Source: an uncultured Mycobacteriaceae bacterium (GTDB lineage: Bacteria > Pseudomonadota > Alphaproteobacteria > DSM-16000 > Inquilinaceae). Taken from it: a DNA stretch of 64,000 nt. This document shows positions 10,533 through 20,653 of the stretch, one piece after another (positions within the stretch are counted from its first letter, which is position 1; every line of letters begins with the position of its first letter). Under the pieces are notes generated by a model. That model had not been told where the DNA came from. It searched no databases and worked only from the letters and a program-made list of their open reading frames with translations. The DNA is taken from assembly GCA_964613585.1 (NCBI GenBank), contig CAZTHL010000008.1, positions 8,874 to 72,873 on the forward strand, written 5' to 3'. The translations under genes and the position numbers were made by a program.

Positions 10533-11041
10533 TGGTGCAGGTGGAGAGCCTCGACCGGCTGATGAAGGAGCATCCCTTCTTTGCCGACTTCCAAGGCGAG
10601 GACATGGCCCTGCTGGCGGGCTGCGCGCAGAACGAGCGCTTTGCCGCCGGCGAGTTCATCTTTCAGGCCGGCGATCCGGCCGACAAGTTCTACATCGTCC
10701 GCTTCGGCACCGTGGCGCTGGAGCTGCAGATCCCGGGGCGGGACCGGCTCGTCCTGCAGACCGTAGAGGAGGACGATATCCTCGGCTGGTCCTGGATCGT
10801 GCCACCCTACCGCTCGATGTTCGACGCGCGCGCCGTCACCCTGGTGCGGGCGGTCAGCCTGGACGGCGCCTGCCTGCGCGGCAAGCTCGAGGAGAACCAC
10901 GAACTCGGCTTCCAGCTGATGAAGAAGATGCTGTCGGTGCTGGACAGCCGCCTGTCGTCCGCCCGCCTGCAGCTCGTCGACATGTACGCGCCGCTGTCGC
11001 AGGCGGGGCGCGCCTTTACGCCCTCCGATCCGGCCATTTGA
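10532..11041 (+). CDS. Stand-alone cyclic-nucleotide-binding (CNB/CAP-effector) fold protein, no HTH
   Basis: 169 aa. HPFFADF...FAAGEFIFQAGDPADKFYIVRFGTVAL...DILGWSWIVPPYRSMFDARAV is a CNB beta-roll with C-helix. The ATG overlaps the upstream TGA (TGATG), with GGGAGG 6 nt upstream. Confidence 0.8.
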
Positions 11042-11054
11042 GAAGTAGATCCTC

Positions 11055-11936
11055 ATGGACGACGTGCTGACCCCGCGGGAACATCGGCTGTTGCCGGCGA
11101 CGCCGGTCCTCGACCCGGATCCGATGCTGCCGCGCCGGTTCCGGATCGTGCGGGTGCAGCGGGAGCTGTCCGACACCTTCACCCTGCATCTGACCGCGCT
11201 CGACGGCGGCGAGATGGGCTTCGCCCCGGGACAGTTCAACATGCTGTACATCTACCCTGCAGGCGAGGTGCCGATCAGCATCAGTGGCGATCCGGCGGTG
11301 CCCTCGGTGCTGGTGCACACGACACGGGTGGTCGGCACGGTCACCGAGGCCATGGGCTCGCTCAAGCAAGGCGACGTGATCGGCGTGCGCGGGCCGTTCG
11401 GTCGGCCCTGGCCGGTGCAGGAGGCCTACGGGCAGGACATCGTGTTCGTCGCCGGCGGGCTCGGCCTGGCACCGCTGCGCCCGGCCATCTACCAGGTGAT
11501 GGCCGAGCGCAAGAAGTTCGGCAACGTCGTCATGCTCTACGGCGCGCGGACCCCCGACGACATCCTGTACCGGCGGCTCCTGCAGGAATGGGGAGGCCGC
11601 TTCGATGTCAGCGTCCAGGTCACCGTCGACCGCGCCACCCATCACTGGGCCGGGAAGGTCGGCGTGGTCACCAAGCTGATCAAGGGCGGCGGCTTCGATC
11701 GCCACAACAGCGTCGCCTTCGTCTGCGGGCCGGAGATCATGATGCGCTTCGCGGTTCAGACCTTGAACGAGCGGGGCGTCACCAGCGACCGGATCCACGT
11801 CTCGATGGAACGCAACATGAAGTGCGCGATCGGCTTCTGCGGCCACTGCCAGTATGGCCCGCACTTCGTCTGCAAGGACGGTCCGGTGTTTCGCTACGAC
11901 GACGTCGAGGACATCTTCACCGTCGGGGGGATCTGA
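11055..11936 (+). CDS. hyhG: FAD/NAD(P)-binding, 2Fe-2S subunit, AsrB/HyhG-like (gamma)
   Basis: Ferredoxin-reductase-like fold (VFVAGGLGLAP) and C-terminal CAIGFCGHCQYGPHFVCKDG cluster motif. 293 aa. Confidence 0.87.
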   Translation: MDDVLTPREHRLLPATPVLDPDPMLPRRFRIVRVQRELSDTFTLHLTALDGGEMGFAPGQFNMLYIYPAGEVPISISGDPAVPSVLVHTTRVVGTVTEAMGSLKQGDVIGVRGPFGRPWPVQEAYGQDIVFVAGGLGLAPLRPAIYQVMAERKKFGNVVMLYGARTPDDILYRRLLQEWGGRFDVSVQVTVDRATHHWAGKVGVVTKLIKGGGFDRHNSVAFVCGPEIMMRFAVQTLNERGVTSDRIHVSMERNMKCAIGFCGHCQYGPHFVCKDGPVFRYDDVEDIFTVGGI

Positions 11937-11939
11937 GCC

Positions 11940-12719
11940 ATGGGGGCGCATCGACGGCCCAAGCTGGCCGTGTGGAAGTTCTCGTCCTGCGACGGCTGCC
12001 AGCTGACGCTTCTCGACTGCGAGGACGAGCTGCTGGAGATCGCCGAGACGGTGGAGATCGCCTACTTTCTCGAGGCGACCCGGGCCGTGGTGAAAGGTCC
12101 CTATGACCTGTCGCTGGTCGAGGGCTCGATCTCGACGCCGGAGGATGCCGAGCGGATCCGCAAGGTGCGCCGCCAGTCCAAGGTCCTGTGCACCATCGGC
12201 GCCTGCGCGACCGCCGGCGGCATTCAGGCGCTGCGCAACTTCAAGGACCACCGCGCCTTCATCAACGCGGTCTACCCGCATGCCCAATTCATCGAGACGC
12301 TGGCGACCTCGACGGCGATCCGCGACCACGTCCCGGTCGACTTCGAGCTGCGCGGCTGCCCGATCAGCAAGGAGCAGCTGCTCGAGTCGATCAACGCCTT
12401 TCTCAACGGCCGAGCCCCGAACATCCCGCGGCACAGCCAGTGCATGGAATGCAAGCAGCGCGGCACCGTCTGCGTCATGGTCGCGCGCGGCCAGCCCTGC
12501 CTGGGCCCGGTGACCCCGGCCGGCTGCGGCAACCTGTGCCCGTCGGTCAACCGCGGCTGCTACGGCTGCTTCGGCCCGAAGGGCACCACGCCGAACACGG
12601 CGAGCCTGAGCCGCTGGTTCGCCGGCCACGGGATGGAGAAGCGCGACATCAAGCAGATGTTCCGGACCTTCAACGCGAACGCGGACGCCTTCCGCAAGGA
12701 GAGCGAGGCCTATGAATGA
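11940..12719 (+). CDS. hyhS: [NiFe]-hydrogenase small subunit (delta), cytosolic type
   Basis: NuoB-like N-terminus [22 protein letters not shown], distal-cluster cysteines. No Tat signal. It starts 4 nt after hyhG. Confidence 0.9.
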   Translation: MGAHRRPKLAVWKFSSCDGCQLTLLDCEDELLEIAETVEIAYFLEATRAVVKGPYDLSLVEGSISTPEDAERIRKVRRQSKVLCTIGACATAGGIQALRNFKDHRAFINAVYPHAQFIETLATSTAIRDHVPVDFELRGCPISKEQLLESINAFLNGRAPNIPRHSQCMECKQRGTVCVMVARGQPCLGPVTPAGCGNLCPSVNRGCYGCFGPKGTTPNTASLSRWFAGHGMEKRDIKQMFRTFNANADAFRKESEAYE

Positions 12720-14046
12720 CTTGACGTCGAAGGCGGTCGCCGGCGGTCGGTCCACCCGCACCATCAAGGTCGATGCGCTGGCCCGGGTCGAGGGCGAGGG
12801 CGCGTTGCACGTCCGGGTCAAGGACGGCGAGATCAAGGACGTCAAGTTCCGCATCTTCGAGCCGCCGCGCTTCTTCGAGGCGCTCCTGCGCGGCCGCATG
12901 TTCACCGAGGCGCCGGACATCACCGCGCGCATCTGCGGGATCTGCCCGGTCGCCTACATGCTGGGCGCCAGTCACGCCATGGAGGATGCCCGCGGCGTCA
13001 CCGTCACCGGTCCGCTGCGCGACCTGCGCCGGCTCCTTTACTGCGGCGAATGGATCGAGAGCCACGTGCTGCATGCCTACATGCTGCATGCGCCGGACTT
13101 CCTCGGCTTCGAGGATTCCATCCAGCTCGCGCGCAACCATCCGGGCGTCGTCGAGAAGGCGCTGCGCCTCAAGAAGCTCGGCAACGAAATCCTGAGTGTC
13201 ATCGGCGGCCGGGCGGTGCATCCGGTCAACCTCAAGGTCGGCGGCTTCTACAGGGCGCCGCGCCGGCGCGAGATTCGCGCGCTCATCGACGAACTCAAAT
13301 GGGGCATCGAGGCCTCGCTGGACACCTGCCGCCTGTTCGCCGGCTTCCCCATGCCGGACTTCGAGTTCGACTACACGTATGTGGCCATGCGCCATCCGGA
13401 CGAGTACGCGATCACCGAGGGCCGGGTCGTCTCGAGCCGCGGCCACGACCTCGCGCTGGCCGACTTCCTCGATCATTTCGACGAGGAGCAGGTCGCCCAT
13501 TCGACCGCTCTACGCGGCGTCCTGCGCGACGACACGGACGGCATCGGCTATCTGGTCGGCCCGCTCGCGCGCTACAGCCTCAATTACGAGCAGCTGACGC
13601 CGCTGGCGCGCGAGGCGGCGCAGGAGGCAGGGCTCGGCCGGGTCTGCCGGAACCCGTTCCAGAGCCTGATCGTCCGTGCCGTCGAGACGCTTTACGCCTG
13701 CGAGGAGGCACTGCGTCTCGCCGAGGCCTACGAGGAGCCGGACGCGCCGGCGGTGCCGGTGGAGCCCGGCCCGGGGATCGGCTTCGGCTGCACCGAGGCG
13801 CCGCGCGGCATCTGCTGGCACACCTACTCGCTCGACCACGAGGGGCGCATCCTGGACGCCCGCATCATCCCGCCGACCTCGCAGAACCAGATGCAGATCG
13901 AGCGGGACCTGCGCGGCGTGATCGAGCAGAACCTCGACCTGCCGGACCCGCAGCTCAAATGGCGATGCGAGCAGACCATCCGCAACTACGATCCCTGCAT
14001 CTCCTGCTCCACCCACTTCCTCAACCTGACGGTCGAGCGTGAGTGA
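12712..14046 (+). CDS. hyhL: [NiFe]-hydrogenase large subunit (alpha), group 3b-like
   Basis: RVEGEG, N-terminal [10 protein letters not shown] and C-terminal DPCISCSTH Ni-binding motifs, with a 9-aa tail after His for endopeptidase cleavage. 8-nt overlap with hyhS. Confidence 0.95.
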   Translation: MNDLTSKAVAGGRSTRTIKVDALARVEGEGALHVRVKDGEIKDVKFRIFEPPRFFEALLRGRMFTEAPDITARICGICPVAYMLGASHAMEDARGVTVTGPLRDLRRLLYCGEWIESHVLHAYMLHAPDFLGFEDSIQLARNHPGVVEKALRLKKLGNEILSVIGGRAVHPVNLKVGGFYRAPRRREIRALIDELKWGIEASLDTCRLFAGFPMPDFEFDYTYVAMRHPDEYAITEGRVVSSRGHDLALADFLDHFDEEQVAHSTALRGVLRDDTDGIGYLVGPLARYSLNYEQLTPLAREAAQEAGLGRVCRNPFQSLIVRAVETLYACEEALRLAEAYEEPDAPAVPVEPGPGIGFGCTEAPRGICWHTYSLDHEGRILDARIIPPTSQNQMQIERDLRGVIEQNLDLPDPQLKWRCEQTIRNYDPCISCSTHFLNLTVERE

Positions 14047-14545
14047 CATGGAGGCCGGCGCGCTGATCCTCGGCATCGGCCATCCCTGGCGCGGCGACGA
14101 CGCCGCCGGGCTGGCTGTCGCCGCCCGCCTGCGGGCCCGTGGCCTGCCCGCCCTCGACCATGACGGCGACGGCGCCGACCTGATGGAGCGCTGGCAAGGG
14201 CGAGGCCGGGTCGTCATCGTCGATGCCATGCGCTCCGGCGCGCCGGTCGGCACGGTCCGCCGCATCGATGCCACCGCCGCGCCGCTGCCGCACGGCCTGC
14301 TGACCCGGAACAGCCACCTGTTCGGCCTCGCCGAGGCGATCGAGACGGCCCGGGCGCTGGGCCGGCTGCCGTCGCAGCTGATCCTGTACGGCGTGGAGGC
14401 GGCCTCGTTCGATCTGGGTGCCGATCTTTCCGCGCCGGTGGAACGGTCGGTCGGCCGGACGGTTGATCGGATCATCGACGAGGTCGCCCACCTGGCGCCG
14501 CTCGCCCCGGCCGCGCCGGCCCTCGGAGCCCTCGCCCATGCATGA
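14039..14545 (+). CDS. Hydrogenase maturation endopeptidase (HyaD/HoxW family)
   Basis: [16 protein letters not shown] motif. GTG at 14039 overlaps the hyhL stop (alternative ATG at 14048). Confidence 0.85.
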   Translation: MSDMEAGALILGIGHPWRGDDAAGLAVAARLRARGLPALDHDGDGADLMERWQGRGRVVIVDAMRSGAPVGTVRRIDATAAPLPHGLLTRNSHLFGLAEAIETARALGRLPSQLILYGVEAASFDLGADLSAPVERSVGRTVDRIIDEVAHLAPLAPAAPALGALAHA

Positions 14546-14879
14546 GATGTCGCTCTGCGAGAGCATGCTGAAGATCGTCGAGCAGCAGGCGGCCGCCCAC
14601 GGCGCGGCGCGGGTCAGGACCGTGCGGCTGGCGATCGGCGCGCTGTCCTGCGCCTCGCCGGACGCGCTGCGCTTCTGCTTCGACGCGGTGACCCGGGGCA
14701 CGGTGGCCGACCGGGCGGCGCTCGAGATCGACCGGCTGCCTGGGCGGGCCTGGTGCAGCGACTGCACGCGGGTGGTCGAGATCGAGGCGTACGGAGCCGC
14801 CTGCCCGGTCTGCGGCGGCCATGTCCTGCGCGGCATGTCGGGCGAGGAGATGCGCGTCACCGAGCTGGAGGTGGAGTGA
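14538..14879 (+). CDS. hypA: Nickel insertion protein HypA
   Basis: [11 protein letters not shown]-terminus and Zn site CSDC...CPVCGG. 113 aa. 8-nt overlap with the protease gene. Confidence 0.9.
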   Translation: MHEMSLCESMLKIVEQQAAAHGAARVRTVRLAIGALSCASPDALRFCFDAVTRGTVADRAALEIDRLPGRAWCSDCTRVVEIEAYGAACPVCGGHVLRGMSGEEMRVTELEVE

Positions 14880-14880
14880 G

Positions 14881-15726
14881 ATGTGCACCACGTGCGGCTG
14901 CGGCCCGGCCCAGAACGCGGACGACGCCCCGCGAGGCCCGGAGGGCCGGCATCGCCACCCCGGGCACCACCACGATCACGGGCATCGCCATGATCACGGG
15001 CCGCTCGGCGCCGTGCACGCGCCGGGCACGGCGCCGGGCCGGGTGATCACGGTCGAGCAGGACCTGCTCGCCGAGAACAACCGCTTCGCTGCGGCGAACC
15101 GACGACTGCTCGCCGCGCGTCGCGCGCTGGCGCTCAACCTCGTCTCGAGCCCGGGCTCGGGCAAGACCGAGCTGCTGGTGCGCACCATCGAGGCGCTGAG
15201 GCCGCGGCGTGTGCCGCTCGCGGTGATCGAGGGCGACCAGCAGACCGAGCGGGACGCCGACCGGGTGCGCGCGGCCGGCGCTCCGGCGATCCAGCTCAAC
15301 ACCGGCAAAGGCTGCCATCTGGACGCCCACATGGTCGGCCATGCGCTCGAGCGGCTCGACGCCGGCGCCGCGGCGCTGCGCGACAACATCGTGCTCATCG
15401 AGAACGTCGGCAATCTCGTGTGCCCCGCCGCCTTCGATCTCGGCGAGGCGCACAAGGTGGTGGTGCTGTCGGTGACCGAGGGCGAGGACAAGCCGATCAA
15501 GTATCCGGACATGTTCCACGCCGCCGACGTCATGCTCATCAACAAGATCGACCTGCTGCCGTACCTGGACTTCGACGTCGAGCGCTGCGTCGGCTTCGCC
15601 CGGGAGGTCAATCCGGACATTCAGGTGCAGCGGCTTTCCGCACGCTCCGGCGAGGGGCTCGACGGCTGGCTCGCCTGGATCGAGGCGGCACGGCCGCCGC
15701 GCCCCCTGGCCGAGGCGGCGGCGTGA
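14881..15726 (+). CDS. hypB: Nickel-binding GTPase HypB with His-rich N-terminus
   Basis: MCTTCGCG, His-rich [18 protein letters not shown]-loop [18 protein letters not shown] lies 2 nt after the hypA stop. Confidence 0.95.
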   Translation: MCTTCGCGPAQNADDAPRGPEGRHRHPGHHHDHGHRHDHGPLGAVHAPGTAPGRVITVEQDLLAENNRFAAANRRLLAARRALALNLVSSPGSGKTELLVRTIEALRPRRVPLAVIEGDQQTERDADRVRAAGAPAIQLNTGKGCHLDAHMVGHALERLDAGAAALRDNIVLIENVGNLVCPAAFDLGEAHKVVVLSVTEGEDKPIKYPDMFHAADVMLINKIDLLPYLDFDVERCVGFAREVNPDIQVQRLSARSGEGLDGWLAWIEAARPPRPLAEAAA

Positions 15727-15776
15727 TCGCGGGTCGAGCCGACCGGTCGTCGGCAAGGTAAGGGAGAGCGATCGAC

Positions 15777-16010
15777 ATGTGCCTGGCCGTGCCCGCCCGC
15801 GTGGTCGCCCTGCATGAGGACGACGAGGCGACCGTCGACCTCGGCGGCGTGCGCAAGCGCATCTCGCTGGCTCTGGTGGAGGAGGTTGGCCTCGACGACT
15901 ATGTCATCCTCCACACCGGCTTCGCCCTCAACAAGCTGCGGCCCGAGGAGGCCGAGCGGACCCTGGCGCTGATCGCGGAGATGAGCACGGCCGGAGCTGC
16001 GGCTGGGTAG
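15777..16010 (+). CDS. hypC: Hydrogenase assembly chaperone HypC
   Basis: MCLAVPARV N-terminal Cys motif, 77 aa, AGGGAGAG SD upstream. Confidence 0.9.
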   Translation: MCLAVPARVVALHEDDEATVDLGGVRKRISLALVEEVGLDDYVILHTGFALNKLRPEEAERTLALIAEMSTAGAAAG

Positions 16011-16130
16011 GTCGAGCCGGCCTCATGCTCGCTTCCCGCCTCGGAGCGCCACCCGGGGCACCATCCGGAGCAGCCCACGGCTGAAGCTCTTTCGGGCGCG
16101 GTCCCCCTCGGCGAAGCCGGCTTCGCGCCG

Positions 16131-16683
16131 CTACGCGAACTGCTGGTGCACGAACGGCGCCCCTTGGTCGGCCTGGAGACATTCGAGCGACGCCTTGAGA
16201 TCCGCCCGGGCAATGCCGCCTGCGTACGCCTGCCCCAGCCGTTCCGCACGGTAAAGCCGCTCGTCGGCCGGTGTCGCGGGCAGCGCCCGGTCCGCGATGA
16301 CGACGATGCCGCCCGGCTTCAGCGGGTCGTGCGCCCGCCGACAGAGCCTGTCCGCCGGACGCGGAATCGGCACCGGCCGCTCCCCTGCCCGGCCAGCCTG
16401 AGAATGCCGTCGTTGGGTGGCCGGGCGGGGAGCGGGCCGGTGAGGCCGCTCGACCCGGAAACGCTCTATACCAGCCCCGCTGCTTGCCGGCCTTGGACAG
16501 GGGATGGATCGACGGCGCCGAGACCACGGCATCGGCCGATCCGGGCGCCATGAGCGCCGGGCTTGCGTCGTCGGCGACAGCGATCTCGATCCGGTCCTTG
16601 TCGCCGAACCGCTCGCGCCCCTTGGCCAGCATGTCCGCCGACAGGTCGACAAGCCGGACCCGGCTGTGGTCGCTCATCCGCAT
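16131..16683 (-). pseudogene. Class I SAM-methyltransferase-like gene fragment interrupted by a MITE copy
   Basis: The N-part (VRLVDLSADMLAKGRERF...ADAVVSAPSIHPLSKAGKQRGWY) and C-part (RRAHDPLKPGGIVVIADRA...) are in different frames, separated by repeat copy C. No clean motif I (GxGxG) was found upstream, so it may be further decayed. Confidence 0.55.
16342..16468 (+). repeat. MITE/REP-like repeat, copy C (inside the methyltransferase pseudogene)
   Basis: AGCCTGTCCGCCGGACGCGGAATCGGCACCGGCCGCTCCCC...GGGAGCGGGCCGGTGAGGCCGCTCGACCCGGAAACGCTCTA. Length is 127 bp with these hand-set boundaries. Confidence 0.75.
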
Positions 16684-16855
16684 CCCCGCTCTTCCGGCGC
16701 ATGATCGGGCGATCCAGGGACGGCGGGTGGCCCGGCATCCGGCCCCGGGCCGGCGGGGAGGACGCTCCGGCGCTGCCGGTTGCCGGCGACCGCCCTGGCT
16801 GACTATGATCTCGGCGCGACACCGGTCGCGACGATGAGAGACGGCTTCGCCCGCG

Positions 16856-17518
16856 ATGGCCGAGCCCGGAGAGCAGCCGCCCATGGCCGAGCAGCACCAG
16901 CCGACCGTCCTTGAGGCGGTCGCCGTCTTCCATGACGAGGCGTCGCTGGACGCCGCCGTCGACGATCTGGAGGAGCACGGCTTCGACCGCGCCGAGCTCA
17001 GCCTGATGGCGAGCGAGCAGGCGGTCGAGGAGAAGCTGGGCGGCCGGTACGAGCGCATCGAGGACGCGGCGGACGATCCATCGACGCCGCGGACCGCGGT
17101 CTACACACCGGAGGATGTGGGAGTCGGCGAAGGCGCCATCATCGGCGGCCTCGCCTATGTCGGCGCCGTGGCGGCGGCCGGCGCCATTGTCGCCTCCGGC
17201 GGCACCATGATGCTCGCCGCGGCCTCGGCGCTGGCGGTCGGCGGCGGCGGCGGCGTGCTCGGCGGCCTGCTCGCCCGGCGGATCGGGCAGCGCCACGCCC
17301 AGGAGGTCGAGGAGCACCTCAAGCATGGCGGCCTTCTGCTCTGGGTGCATCTGCGCGACGAGGCCCGTCAGGAGACGGCCCGGCAAATCCTGGGGAAGCA
17401 CACCAAGGATCCCGTCCGCGTCCACCGCATCCCGGTGCACGACCCGAAGGCCGGCTCCGGGCCGGAGCTTGAGCGCTACGATGTCGGCATCCCCTGGCTG
17501 TTCCGCCGGCGCCGGTGA
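16856..17518 (+). CDS. Hypothetical membrane-associated stress-type protein (YflT/DUF1269-like ends, Gly/Ala-rich hydrophobic core)
   Basis: High GC3 ORF. VAVFHDEASLDAAVDDLEEHGFD N-terminal and GGLLLWVHLRDEARQETARQIL C-terminal modules flank GAIIGGLAYVGAVAAAGAIVASGG. Alternative ATG at 16883. Confidence 0.55.
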   Translation: MAEPGEQPPMAEQHQPTVLEAVAVFHDEASLDAAVDDLEEHGFDRAELSLMASEQAVEEKLGGRYERIEDAADDPSTPRTAVYTPEDVGVGEGAIIGGLAYVGAVAAAGAIVASGGTMMLAAASALAVGGGGGVLGGLLARRIGQRHAQEVEEHLKHGGLLLWVHLRDEARQETARQILGKHTKDPVRVHRIPVHDPKAGSGPELERYDVGIPWLFRRRR

Positions 17519-17779
17519 TCGCGCTGGTGATCGCACCGGCGATCGGGCCGGGGGCTGGCGCGGCCGAGGGCGTCGGAGTCCTTTGGGCTCCACCCGAGAA
17601 AGTGGGCTCCACCCGGGAACGGGTTCTTCACAAGACGACCGTCGATCGGAACCGGCGCGCCGGCGCTCTGTCCCCCCGGGGCGCCCCGGCATGGGATCAT
17701 GATCATGCCGCCGAGCCTTGGGGACGGTCCAAGGGATCGCGTGAAGGACCCTTATGACGCCGCGGCGACAAGATGACCC

Positions 17780-17829
17780 GTCGGCTCGGCTGGGGCGCGC
17801 CCGCCAACCCTCCCGCCGCCCGGGCGCGC
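17780..17829. repeat. GC-rich hairpin repeat (type 2), copy 1
   Basis: GTCGGCTCGGCTGGGGCGCGCCCGCCAACCCTCCCGCCGCCCGGGCGCGC closely matches 35531-35582. Arms GGCGCGCCCG/CGGGCGCGCC pair. Confidence 0.7.
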
Positions 17830-17841
17830 TGTCGGGAGCAA

Positions 17842-17875
17842 GAGCGTTTCCGGCTCAAGGGGCATCGCCGGCCCG
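17842..17875 (-). repeat. MITE/REP-like repeat, copy D (end fragment)
   Basis: GAGCGTTTCCGGCTCAAGGGGCATCGCCGGCCCG matches the B-orientation left end. It is truncated after about 35 bp. Confidence 0.65.
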
Positions 17876-17899
17876 TTGCTGCGGACTGTCCGCGACGCT

Positions 17900-20653
17900 T
17901 CACCCCCAGGCCCGCCTCAGCCAGTGCTCCGCCTCGACCACCAGCAGCAGAAGGATCCCGGCGCCGAGCACCGCGAGGGCGTCCGCGAGGCCGATTGGCC
18001 GGGTGTCGAAGACCGCCTGCATCACCGGCGCGTAGGTCAGGGCGAGCTGGCCCAGCACCACGACGGCCACGCCGAGCAGCACCGCCGGCGTGCCCAGGAG
18101 CCCTCGCCAGGTGAGCGACGGCCCGTGCCCGACGCGGACGCTGAACAGATAGGCGATCTCCATGACCACGATGGTGTTGACGACCAGCGTGCGCGCCGTC
18201 TCCACGGGCAGGCCCCGGGTCGCGGCCCAGTAGTACATGCCGAAGGCAGCCGCCACGAACAGGGCCGAGACGAAGCCGATGCGCCACAGCAGCACGCCGG
18301 TCAGGACCGGACGGTCGGCGGGCCGCGGCGGCCGCGCCATGGTGCCGGGCTCGGTCGGCTCGAAGGCCAGGGTCAGGCCCAGGGCCACGGCGGTGATCAT
18401 GTTGATCCACAGGATCTGCACGGGCGTGATCGGCAGGGCGAGGCCGAGCGCGATCGCCGCCAGAATGGTCAGCGCCTCGCCGCCATTGGTCGGCAGGGTC
18501 CAGGCGATGACCTTCATCAGGTTGTCGTAGACCGTGCGGCCCTCGCGCACCGCGGCGACAATCGAGGCGAAGTTGTCGTCGGCCAGCACCATCTCGGCCG
18601 CCTCCTTGGCCGCCTCGGTGCCCTTGCCGCCCATGGCCACACCGACATCGGCGCGCTTCAGCGCCGGGGCGTCGTTGACCCCGTCGCCGGTCATGGCGAC
18701 CGTGTGCCCGCCGGCCTGCAGCGCCTCCACAAGACGCAGCTTGTGCTCGGGGCTGGTCCGCGCGAACACCGTGGTGTCGGCCGCGGCGGCGACGAGCCCG
18801 TCCGGGCCAAGCCGGTCGAGCTCGCGGCCGGCCAGCGCGCGCGGCGCCTCGGCGAGGCCCAGTTGCCGCGCGATCTCCCGGGCGGTCACGGCGTGGTCGC
18901 CGGTGATCATGGCCACCCGGATGCCGGCCGAGCGGCAGGCGCGGACGGCGGCGGCCGCCTCCTCGCGCGGCGGATCGATGAAGCCGACGAAGCCCAGCAT
19001 CACGGCGCCCTCGGCCACGTCCGGAAAGGCGAGATCGCGCTGCCCGGCACCGGCCGGCTTCACCGCCACGGCGAGCACCCGCTGCCCTCGGGCCGCCAGC
19101 TCGTCCGCCTCGCCGTGCCACGCCGCGGCGTTGATCAGGCGATCGCCCTCGGCCCGCCGCTCCGCCGCGCACATGGCAAGCACCCGCTCCGGCGCGCCCT
19201 TGATCAGCGCGAAGCTCACCTCGCCCGGCGTGTCGTCGGCATGGCTGTGGTGCAGCGTCGCCATGAAGCGATGCTGGGACTCGAACGGGATCTCGTCGGC
19301 ACGTGGGGTGCGCCGACGCTCCAGATCCGGATCGAGGCCCGCCTTCATGGCCAGGGCGACCAGCGCTCCCTCCATGGGATCCCCGTCGACGATCCAGCCG
19401 GCCTCCGTCTGGCGCAGCTCGGCGTCATTGCACAGGAGGCCGGCTCGGACCAGCTCGAGCAGCACCGGATGGGCGGCCGGGTCGATATCCTGCCCAAGGG
19501 TGCGGAAGGCGCCGCCGGGATCGTACCCGGCGCCGGTCACCTCGCAGCGGCCGTCGGCGGTGACGACATGCTGGGCCGTCATCTCGTTGCGGGTCAGCGT
19601 GCCGGTCTTGTCGGAGCAGATCACCGACACCGAGCCCAGCGTCTCGACCGCGGGCAGCCGCCGGATGATGGCGTTGCGCGCGGCCATGCGCTCGACCCCG
19701 ATCGCCAGCGTGATCGTCATGATCGCCGGCAGCCCCTCGGGGATCGCCGCCACCGCCAGCCCGACCACGGCCATGAAGGCCTCGGCCAGCGGGTAGTCGC
19801 GGACGCCGAGGGCAAAGACGAAGGCGAGGCCGGCGATGCCGAGGATGACCAGCGTCAGCGTGCGGGCGAAACGGTCCATCTGCCGGATGAGCGGGGTCTT
19901 CAGCGTCTCCACCGCGCCGATGAGCGCGCTGATGCGACCGAGCTCGGTGCCGGGCCCGGTGGCCACGGCGACACCTCGGCCTTGGCCGGCCACGACAAAG
20001 CTGCCGGAGAAGGCCATGGAGCGGCGATCGCCGAGCGGCGCGTCGGCGGCGACCGCGCCCAGGCTCTTCTCCACGGCAACCGACTCCCCGGTCAGGATCG
20101 CCTCGTCGATCCTCAGGTTGCGCGCGCGCAGGAGCCTCAGATCGGCCGGCACCCGGTCGCCGGCCTCCACCAGCACCACGTCCCCAGGCACGACCCGGTC
20201 GGCCGGGATCGTCACCCGGCGGCCGTCACGCAGCACCGAGGCGCGCGGATCGATCATGCCGCGGATGGCGTCGAGCGCGCCCTCGGCGCGGCCCTCCTGG
20301 ACGAAGCCGATGACCGCGTTGACCAGCACCACCGCCAGGATCACCCCGGCATCGACGGCGTGGCCGAGCGCCAGCGACAGGCCGGCCGCCGCCAGCAGGA
20401 CATAGATCAGCAGATTGTGGAACTGGCGCAGGAAGCGCCGTGCCAGCCCCGGTTTCGGCGCCGCCGGCAGCCGGTTCGGCCCGGCGGCCGCCAAGCGGGC
20501 CTCCGCCTCCCGGGTGCTCAGGCCGTCGGCCGACGTCCCATGCGCCTCAAGAGCGATCTCAGGGGCCAGCGCATGCCATTGAGAGCGGTGGTCGGACGGC
20601 TGCCGATCCGCGATCGGCCGGCTGACGTCGGGCACGGCCCGTGTCCCATGCAA
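17900..20653 (-). CDS. Cation-translocating P-type ATPase (P2-like, no heavy-metal domain), paralog 1
   Basis: 917 aa. TGES (LTGESVAVEK), phosphorylation site CSDKTGTLT, hinge MTGDGVNDAPALKRADVG, about 10 TM segments. Confidence 0.92.
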   Translation of the reverse strand: MHGTRAVPDVSRPIADRQPSDHRSQWHALAPEIALEAHGTSADGLSTREAEARLAAAGPNRLPAAPKPGLARRFLRQFHNLLIYVLLAAAGLSLALGHAVDAGVILAVVLVNAVIGFVQEGRAEGALDAIRGMIDPRASVLRDGRRVTIPADRVVPGDVVLVEAGDRVPADLRLLRARNLRIDEAILTGESVAVEKSLGAVAADAPLGDRRSMAFSGSFVVAGQGRGVAVATGPGTELGRISALIGAVETLKTPLIRQMDRFARTLTLVILGIAGLAFVFALGVRDYPLAEAFMAVVGLAVAAIPEGLPAIMTITLAIGVERMAARNAIIRRLPAVETLGSVSVICSDKTGTLTRNEMTAQHVVTADGRCEVTGAGYDPGGAFRTLGQDIDPAAHPVLLELVRAGLLCNDAELRQTEAGWIVDGDPMEGALVALAMKAGLDPDLERRRTPRADEIPFESQHRFMATLHHSHADDTPGEVSFALIKGAPERVLAMCAAERRAEGDRLINAAAWHGEADELAARGQRVLAVAVKPAGAGQRDLAFPDVAEGAVMLGFVGFIDPPREEAAAAVRACRSAGIRVAMITGDHAVTAREIARQLGLAEAPRALAGRELDRLGPDGLVAAAADTTVFARTSPEHKLRLVEALQAGGHTVAMTGDGVNDAPALKRADVGVAMGGKGTEAAKEAAEMVLADDNFASIVAAVREGRTVYDNLMKVIAWTLPTNGGEALTILAAIALGLALPITPVQILWINMITAVALGLTLAFEPTEPGTMARPPRPADRPVLTGVLLWRIGFVSALFVAAAFGMYYWAATRGLPVETARTLVVNTIVVMEIAYLFSVRVGHGPSLTWRGLLGTPAVLLGVAVVVLGQLALTYAPVMQAVFDTRPIGLADALAVLGAGILLLLVVEAEHWLRRAWG

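Noticed and set aside
12712-14046. Possible selenocysteine (in-frame TGA) or programmed frameshift in the hydrogenase genes.
   Set aside because: All structural ORFs are uninterrupted, and both Ni-binding motifs use Cys codons. The overlaps at gene junctions are ordinary start/stop coupling.
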